NCBI GenBank assembly: GCA_963695555.1
Contig: CAVOGR010000007.1
Span: 352,001-416,000, forward strand
Reading direction: 5' to 3'
From: an uncultured Gemmatimonadales bacterium
GTDB lineage: Bacteria > Gemmatimonadota > Gemmatimonadetes > Gemmatimonadales > GWC2-71-9
DNA length: 64,000 nucleotides
Shown: one piece after another, positions 58,072-64,000 of the stretch
How positions within the stretch are numbered: the first letter of the stretch is position 1
How the letters are laid out: every line of letters begins with the position of its first letter
The notes under the pieces: model-generated
Database searches by the model: none
Told to the model about the DNA's origin: nothing
Seen by the model: only the letters and a program-made list of their open reading frames with translations
Made by a program: the position numbers and the translations under genes

Positions 58072-61000
58072 CGTCTCGTCGAGACGAAGCGTGGATCGGG
58101 GGTATAGCTGATCGGTGAGCTCAACCGACGGAGATAGGTCACCACGGCATCGAGATCGATCAGCCCACTCTCGGCCTCCGGCGGGACGCGCGGAAGACTC
58201 CAATGGGCGTCGCCCGCCACGTTTTCCGGCACTGCCAGGCGGTAGGTGTGTTTCTTATCGATCTTCTTCCCGTTCGCCAGCCGCACTTCCCGCACCCGCC
58301 GTCCCACCGGCCGGGATGGATCGAACTTCACGGTCGCGCCGGAAAGATGGGCAGCCGGCACGCCGTCCTGAACCACACGCTCCAACACGCGGGTCATGTC
58401 CGCGCCGGTGAGCGCGATGACGACGAGCGTGCCCTGGCGCGGAAGCACGGCGAACAGATCCCCCATCCGCACGGCCCCGGCCGGCAGGTCGGCTTGGATA
58501 CTCGCGTTGTCCATCAGGGCGAAGTCGGTCCGGAGTACGTTTTGGAACGCGTCGGCGATGAGGTTGCCCAGGCCATGTTCCTGGTCCCGACGGCTGAGAG
58601 GAAGCTTGACCTGCGCAACCGTGACTCGGGCCGCCGAGTCGGTGATTCGTCGATACTCCTCGATGAGCCGCGTGACGCCCGAATCAGGTGCTATGCGATC
58701 GGCCGCCACCGGCACGAAACCGCGCCGCAACTCCCGTCCGCCGACCACGGTCTTCACCACGTCGACAACCGCAACGGCACGGCCGCGGTCAACCGCCTCC
58801 ACGATCGGGATCCCCGCGACCACCGTGTCTCGCGGCATGTCGGAGCCGCCGGACAGAATGAGATCCACAGAGCCCGGACCGAGCGCCTGGGCTATCCGCA
58901 CCGCAGCCGAGGTGCAGTCCTCCGACGCGCACACGTGGTCGGTGCGGAGCAGGACCACGGTGACCTCGGCGCCGAGTCGTTTGACCTCGGCGATCTGGCG
59001 GCGGAGCGCCTCGGGGCCGGTCACTCGGATTCCGGCGAGCGCCTCCGATGGCGCCAGCTGTTTCATGTCCGACGCCACATAGCCCACGACGCCCACGCGC
59101 ACCGTTCCCAAGTCGAGCAGCCGAAATGGGGCAATCCAGGCGGGCGGCTGCCCGGTGACCGAGTCCACCAGGTTCGCCGCGACCCACGCATACTTGGCTT
59201 CGGCCATGCGTTGCCGCAAGGTATCGAGCGACCACCCGAAATCATGTTCGTCGGGAACCGAGGCCGCAACGCCCAGCTGGTTGAAGGTCTCGATGGTCGA
59301 GCGCCCACGGACCAGGCTCGACCATGCGGCGCCGCGCAAGTGATCGCCGGCGTCGAGCCGTACGGTCGGACAGTCGCACGCCGCCACCAGACTGTCCATG
59401 AGCGTCTTGAGCGGCGCCGCTCCACCCATGCGCCGACCGCCGTCACCGGGCTCGAGAGTCGGGAACAAGGCCCCGGCAAAGTCATTGGTGGCCACGACCC
59501 TGAGAATCGTGGTGTCTCGGGGCGCGGGCGGCTCATTGGGTACGGGGGCGAAGAGCGCGAGTGCCTTTCGTGCCATGTCGGCGGGGACGACTTGCCACTC
59601 GCGAGCGCTGTAGCGCCGAGGGTCGATCGTTCCCTCCGCCCGGACCGCCTCGATCAATAGCTCTCGGATACTTTCCCCCTGGTCGTAGACCACGGGGGCG
59701 CCGGCCAACATGTCGAACCCGCCACCGCCGGCCTGCCGATAGCTGTTCACCGCCATGGTGAAGGAGTCCGTTGGCCGCACGGGTCGGCCCTGCACGCGGA
59801 GCCCCCGAATCCGTTCACCCGCCGGCAGCCGGAGATCGATGGCGTACTCGGCCCCGCCCACGATGTCGAAGTTGTAGCCGGGGATGTCGGGATCGGTGCC
59901 CACGTTGCCCCGCCGGTCCACCGTGTAGTACCGGGCGCTGTGTTCCAGGTAGGCCTTGAGTTGCTCGCCGGTGATGCGGATGGCCCTGAGGGTGTTCTCG
60001 TATGGGTAGAGCCCGGCCACATGCGAGAGGAGCACATCCCCCCGGGGAATACCGCCATGTGTATTGAACGCCGCGGTGGCGGAGAGTGCCGCACCGGTGC
60101 GGCGGCGCTGCACCGCGTTGATGAAATTGACGATCGGGGTCGCCTCGGCGCGTGCCGTGAGCGCCGGCATGGGGTCCTCGGCAAAGGCGAGCGGTTCACT
60201 CAGCCACTGGGTCACGTTCTGGTGGTCGCGCTCCAACCGCCGGACCACTCGCGGATCCTCCGCCCGATCAGCCAGATCGACAATCTCTCCCTTGACCGAC
60301 ACGACTCGCCATGCCTGTCCACGCCGCACCAGGACGACGTGCGCCACCGCGAGTCCGCGTGCGTGGGGAGGCGGCTGCATGTAGTACACCCCGTTGATGT
60401 CTTGGGGCGGAAACTGGCGGTGGGTATGCCCCACCACCACGAGATGCGGCGGGTGCTCGTCGCTGGCCAGTGTCACGGCCACGTTCTCGGGTCCGACGCC
60501 GGTAGAGTCGTAAGACGACGGGCCGTCGAGGCCGCTGTGCATGAGGACGATGGAGAGGTCCACCCGTCCTGCCAGGTCCGTCAACACCCCAGGCGCCGTG
60601 TGGGAAATCCGGTCGACCCGCACGCGGCCCTCGACGAGCGCCCGATCCCACACCATGACCCCCGGAGTCGTGAAACCCGTGATGCCCACCCGGATGCCGC
60701 CACGATTGATTACCGCAACCGACGGGAACTCCAACGTGTTGGACGGCAGCGTGAAGATGTTTCCGCTTACATAATGAAAGACAGCGCCCGCCACGGCCCG
60801 GTGGAAGACGTCGACGCCGAAATCGAACTCGTGGTTGCCCGGGGTCGCCGCATCGTACGCCATCAGGTTCATGGCGTCGATCACGGGGTGCGGATCACGC
60901 GGACGGACGCGGGCAAAGTAGGTGGCGAACGGGTCTCCCTGGATCAGATCACCCGCGTCGACCAGGACGACCTGACCTGGATATAGGGCGCGCAGGGAGT

Positions 61001-61166
61001 CCACCGCGGATGCGGCCCGGGCGAGCCCTCCGGGAAAGGGCCGTTCCGCAAGGTAATCCCACCCTGTGGCGTGACCGTGGACGTCGGTCGTCGCGACGAC
61101 GACCACATGCGCACTGTCCTGGGGGAGGGAGAAGAGCCCTGCAGCGAGTGCCAGCGCGGCAAGCAT
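58068..61166 (-). CDS. Secreted 2',3'-cyclic phosphodiesterase/5'-nucleotidase with a tandem duplicated module
   Basis: Module 1 has TTDVHG, DAGD, GNHEFD, HSG and GHTH; module 2 is degenerate. Confidence 0.9.
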   Translation of the reverse strand: MLAALALAAGLFSLPQDSAHVVVVATTDVHGHATGWDYLAERPFPGGLARAASAVDSLRALYPGQVVLVDAGDLIQGDPFATYFARVRPRDPHPVIDAMNLMAYDAATPGNHEFDFGVDVFHRAVAGAVFHYVSGNIFTLPSNTLEFPSVAVINRGGIRVGITGFTTPGVMVWDRALVEGRVRVDRISHTAPGVLTDLAGRVDLSIVLMHSGLDGPSSYDSTGVGPENVAVTLASDEHPPHLVVVGHTHRQFPPQDINGVYYMQPPPHARGLAVAHVVLVRRGQAWRVVSVKGEIVDLADRAEDPRVVRRLERDHQNVTQWLSEPLAFAEDPMPALTARAEATPIVNFINAVQRRRTGAALSATAAFNTHGGIPRGDVLLSHVAGLYPYENTLRAIRITGEQLKAYLEHSARYYTVDRRGNVGTDPDIPGYNFDIVGGAEYAIDLRLPAGERIRGLRVQGRPVRPTDSFTMAVNSYRQAGGGGFDMLAGAPVVYDQGESIRELLIEAVRAEGTIDPRRYSAREWQVVPADMARKALALFAPVPNEPPAPRDTTILRVVATNDFAGALFPTLEPGDGGRRMGGAAPLKTLMDSLVAACDCPTVRLDAGDHLRGAAWSSLVRGRSTIETFNQLGVAASVPDEHDFGWSLDTLRQRMAEAKYAWVAANLVDSVTGQPPAWIAPFRLLDLGTVRVGVVGYVASDMKQLAPSEALAGIRVTGPEALRRQIAEVKRLGAEVTVVLLRTDHVCASEDCTSAAVRIAQALGPGSVDLILSGGSDMPRDTVVAGIPIVEAVDRGRAVAVVDVVKTVVGGRELRRGFVPVAADRIAPDSGVTRLIEEYRRITDSAARVTVAQVKLPLSRRDQEHGLGNLIADAFQNVLRTDFALMDNASIQADLPAGAVRMGDLFAVLPRQGTLVVIALTGADMTRVLERVVQDGVPAAHLSGATVKFDPSRPVGRRVREVRLANGKKIDKKHTYRLAVPENVAGDAHWSLPRVPPEAESGLIDLDAVVTYLRRLSSPISYTPDPRFVSTRR

Positions 61167-61294
61167 GGCGGAATATCCTCGGGCCGTGCGGCTTACGCAA
61201 TCGGGCGGCCTGAGCAGGGCCCGATTCGCATCGGTGCATTGTCGCGCTCCACCCTTGCGGAGTCGGGAACGGGAAGGTATTCGTTTTCCCGCAT

Positions 61295-61669
61295 ATGCCC
61301 CCCTATCAATCGCCCCTGGATTTTGTGACCACGCTGGCCGAGCCGACCCGGCTCCGGATCCTCAACTGTCTCGCCGCGGCACCGCTGTTCGTGTCCGACC
61401 TCCAGGCGGTGCTCGATCTGCCGCAGCCAACCGTGTCCCGGCATCTCCGGGTGCTCCGCACCATCGGTGTGGTGCGAGACACGCCCATTGCTCAGTTCGT
61501 GCTCTACCGGCTTCGGAAGGAGGAGAACGCCCGGGGCAGGCTGGTGCGGGTGATCCTGGAGACGATGCACACCGATGAGCGGCTCAAGACCGAGCGCCTG
61601 CGGGCGGTCGAGCGGAGCCGGGGGCATTCGGTCGAACGGACGCGGGGCCCGGCGCCCGCGATGTCATGA
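61295..61669 (+). CDS. ArsR/SmtB-family transcriptional regulator
   Basis: LAEPTRLRIL and PQPTVSRHL..LR motifs. Confidence 0.88.
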   Translation: MPPYQSPLDFVTTLAEPTRLRILNCLAAAPLFVSDLQAVLDLPQPTVSRHLRVLRTIGVVRDTPIAQFVLYRLRKEENARGRLVRVILETMHTDERLKTERLRAVERSRGHSVERTRGPAPAMS

Positions 61670-62382
61670 TACCAGCATCCGAAGCACCGGCAATCAAACC
61701 GCGAGTGCTGGTGGTCGATGATGAGCCCGACATCACGGCGCTCGTGGTGTACCACCTCGCGAAGAACGGGTACCGGGTGTCCACGGCGGCCACCGGCCAG
61801 GAAGCCCTGGACGCGGCGCAGGAGGAACGGCCGGACGTCGTAGTCCTCGATCTCATGTTGCCGGGCATTTCCGGGTACGACGTGCTCCAGGAGCTCCGGC
61901 GGCGCGAGGAAACCCGCGATGTCGGCGTCATCCTCCTCACATCGCGCCGGGAGGAGGCGGATCGCATTCGCGGCCTGTCGGAGGGCGCGGACGATTACCT
62001 CACCAAGCCCTTCTCTCCCCAGGAACTGTCGCTCCGCGTGGCGGCGTTGCTGCGTCGGCTGAGCGCGCCGCCAGTCTCCGTGGGTGCAACGACGCAAATC
62101 GGCCCGATCCGCATCGACCGGGTTGCCCACCGTGCCTATCTGAAGAACGAAGAGCTGCAACTCACCGCAACCGAGTTCAAACTGCTGTGCATCCTGACCG
62201 ATCGCCGGGGCCGGGTGCAGAGCCGGCCGCAACTGTTGCAAGCGGTGTGGGACGCGCACCCCGACATTCACACTCGGACCGTCGACATGCACGTCCAGCG
62301 GCTCCGGTCCAAACTTGGCGCCGCGGGCGACATGATCGAAACCGTGCGGGGCGTCGGCTACCGGCTCACGATTCCGGCGTAA
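61666..62382 (+). CDS. phoB: OmpR/PhoB-family response regulator
   Basis: VVDDE, LDLMLP, GADDYLTKPF, RTVDMHV.RLR and ETVRGVGY motifs. Confidence 0.85.
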   Translation: MIPASEAPAIKPRVLVVDDEPDITALVVYHLAKNGYRVSTAATGQEALDAAQEERPDVVVLDLMLPGISGYDVLQELRRREETRDVGVILLTSRREEADRIRGLSEGADDYLTKPFSPQELSLRVAALLRRLSAPPVSVGATTQIGPIRIDRVAHRAYLKNEELQLTATEFKLLCILTDRRGRVQSRPQLLQAVWDAHPDIHTRTVDMHVQRLRSKLGAAGDMIETVRGVGYRLTIPA

Positions 62383-62391
62383 TCGAATACG

Positions 62392-64000
62392 ATGAACTTC
62401 ACGGGCCGCGTTGTCCTTGGCACCTCATTGGTGGTGCTGCTTGCGCTGACCGTGTTGTTCTGGTCTGCCGAACGGTCATTCCGTCACGACCTCGAAACGG
62501 AAATCGGCCGATCGGTTGAGCGTCAAGCGGGGTTGGTGCTAGAGGCGATTCCGAAGGACTCCCTCGCCTGGGGGGCGGCGGTGCGCCGGCTGGGGCAGCA
62601 ACACAAGCTCCGCATCACCCTCATCGATCGCACCGGGCGCGTGCGGGCCGAAAGCGATGTCGCCGATCTCGCAACGGCGAACATCGAAGACCATGCCGAC
62701 CGGCCGGAGGTGCAGGCGGCGCTCGAAGGCCGGACTGGCACGGCCACCCGGCGAAGTGAGACGATGGGCATCGAGTATTACTACGTCGCCGTGCCGGGTG
62801 GACCCGCAGTCGTGCGGGTGGCGACCCCGCTCGACCGGGTGGAGCAGACGGTGCGACAGGCCCGGCGCTCCATGTTTTGGGCTATGCTGCTCGCGCTCGC
62901 GGTCGGCACCGGCCTCGCCTACTTGGCCGCGCGGTCGGTCGCCCGGCCCTTGCTCGGACTGACCGCGGCCTCCCGGGCGATCGCCGCCGGCAACCTGCCG
63001 CGCTTTCCCCACTCCGGCATCCCCGACATCGACGGCCTGGTGCAGTCCCTCCGCCAGATGAGCCAGCAGCTGACCGAGCGGTTTGAGACGCTCAGGGCGG
63101 AACGGGCCGAATCGCGTGCCTTGGTGGAATCGATGGTCGAGGCCGTGATCGCGACCGACGAGCGTGGGCGTATCGTGACCGCCAATCCGGCGGCACGACT
63201 GTTACTCGGCTACGCCGAGACGCAACCCCTTCCAGGAGTGCTCGAGTTGTTTCGCGCGCGCGGGCCGCGAGAGGCGGTTCAGGACGTGTTGAATGGCGAT
63301 CAGATCGAGCGCGAAGTACGGTTCGACGGCAGGAGCATTCTGATGAATGGGCGTCCGCTCCCCGGCGGCGGAATGGTGCTGGTGATGCACGATCTCTCAG
63401 AGGTGCGGCGGCTCGAAATGGTCCGCCAAGATTTCGTTGCCAATGCATCGCACGAACTGAAGACGCCGCTCACGTCCATCACCGGATATACCGAGACCTT
63501 GCTCCAGGACGAGCCCGATCCCGCCACCCGGCGCCGATTTCTCCAGGTCATCCACGCGAACGCGCAGCGGCTCCAGCGTCTGGTCGACGACCTGCTCGAT
63601 CTCTCCCGGATCGAGTCGGGCCGCTGGCAGGCCCGGCCGGACAATGTCGATGTCATCGCGATCGCGCGCGACACCTGGCAGGGATTCGCCGAGCGTGCAG
63701 AGAGCCGGCGGGTGAGCTTCGAAATCGATGCAGGCGCCGACGCGTTCGATGCCCACGTCGATCCGGACGCACTCCAGCAGATCTTCACGAATCTGTACGA
63801 CAACGCGCTGCGACATAGCAAGGACGGTGGCCGCATCGTGTGTCGGATCCGAGAGCAGCCCGACGGCTGGACCATGGCAGTAGAGGACACCGGAAGCGGT
63901 ATCGGGCAAGAACACCTCCCGCGGATCTTCGAGCGTTTTTACCGGGTCGACGCGGCCCGATCGCGGGCGCAAGGCGGCACCGGGCTCGGCCTGTCGATCG
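62392..64000 (+). CDS. phoR: PhoR-like sensor histidine kinase, 3' end truncated by the window edge
   Basis: Read from the sequence: two TM helices, H..RPEV, HAMP/PAS-like region, FVANASHELKTPLT, NL.DNA, DTG.GI, RIFERFYRVD.ARSR..GGTGLGL. Confidence 0.88.
   Translation, partial: MNFTGRVVLGTSLVVLLALTVLFWSAERSFRHDLETEIGRSVERQAGLVLEAIPKDSLAWGAAVRRLGQQHKLRITLIDRTGRVRAESDVADLATANIEDHADRPEVQAALEGRTGTATRRSETMGIEYYYVAVPGGPAVVRVATPLDRVEQTVRQARRSMFWAMLLALAVGTGLAYLAARSVARPLLGLTAASRAIAAGNLPRFPHSGIPDIDGLVQSLRQMSQQLTERFETLRAERAESRALVESMVEAVIATDERGRIVTANPAARLLLGYAETQPLPGVLELFRARGPREAVQDVLNGDQIEREVRFDGRSILMNGRPLPGGGMVLVMHDLSEVRRLEMVRQDFVANASHELKTPLTSITGYTETLLQDEPDPATRRRFLQVIHANAQRLQRLVDDLLDLSRIESGRWQARPDNVDVIAIARDTWQGFAERAESRRVSFEIDAGADAFDAHVDPDALQQIFTNLYDNALRHSKDGGRIVCRIREQPDGWTMAVEDTGSGIGQEHLPRIFERFYRVDAARSRAQGGTGLGLSI

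Overview
High-GC bacterial chromosome segment; gene content and synteny suggest Gemmatimonadota (inference, not verified). Most of it is housekeeping: pckA, uvrA, an Lhr helicase, holB-moaC, ffh-rpsP-rimM-trmD-rplS-rnhB, pilD, thiD, a nucleoside-salvage operon, phoBR, tRNA-Asn and tRNA-Lys. Five things stand out. (1) A three-gene operon of outer-membrane porin, heme-receptor-like TonB-dependent transporter and a lipoprotein NirS carrying an extra cytochrome c domain, with no heme d1 biosynthesis gene in the window; this is a candidate heme d1-scavenging denitrification module. (2) A tRNA-Asn integration hotspot with a 139-bp direct repeat, an integrase-less mini-island, four structure-conserved hairpin repeats that share the tRNA T-loop octamer, and an integron-type attC cassette. 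(3) A full-length BioA homolog whose catalytic Lys is replaced by Asn. (4) A four-helix-bundle gene enclosed by inverted octamer arrays, with an empty copy of the same arms about 27 kb away. (5) A DnaA-box/IHF/AT-rich cluster that may be oriC. All calls come from reading motifs by eye; no database searches were run.
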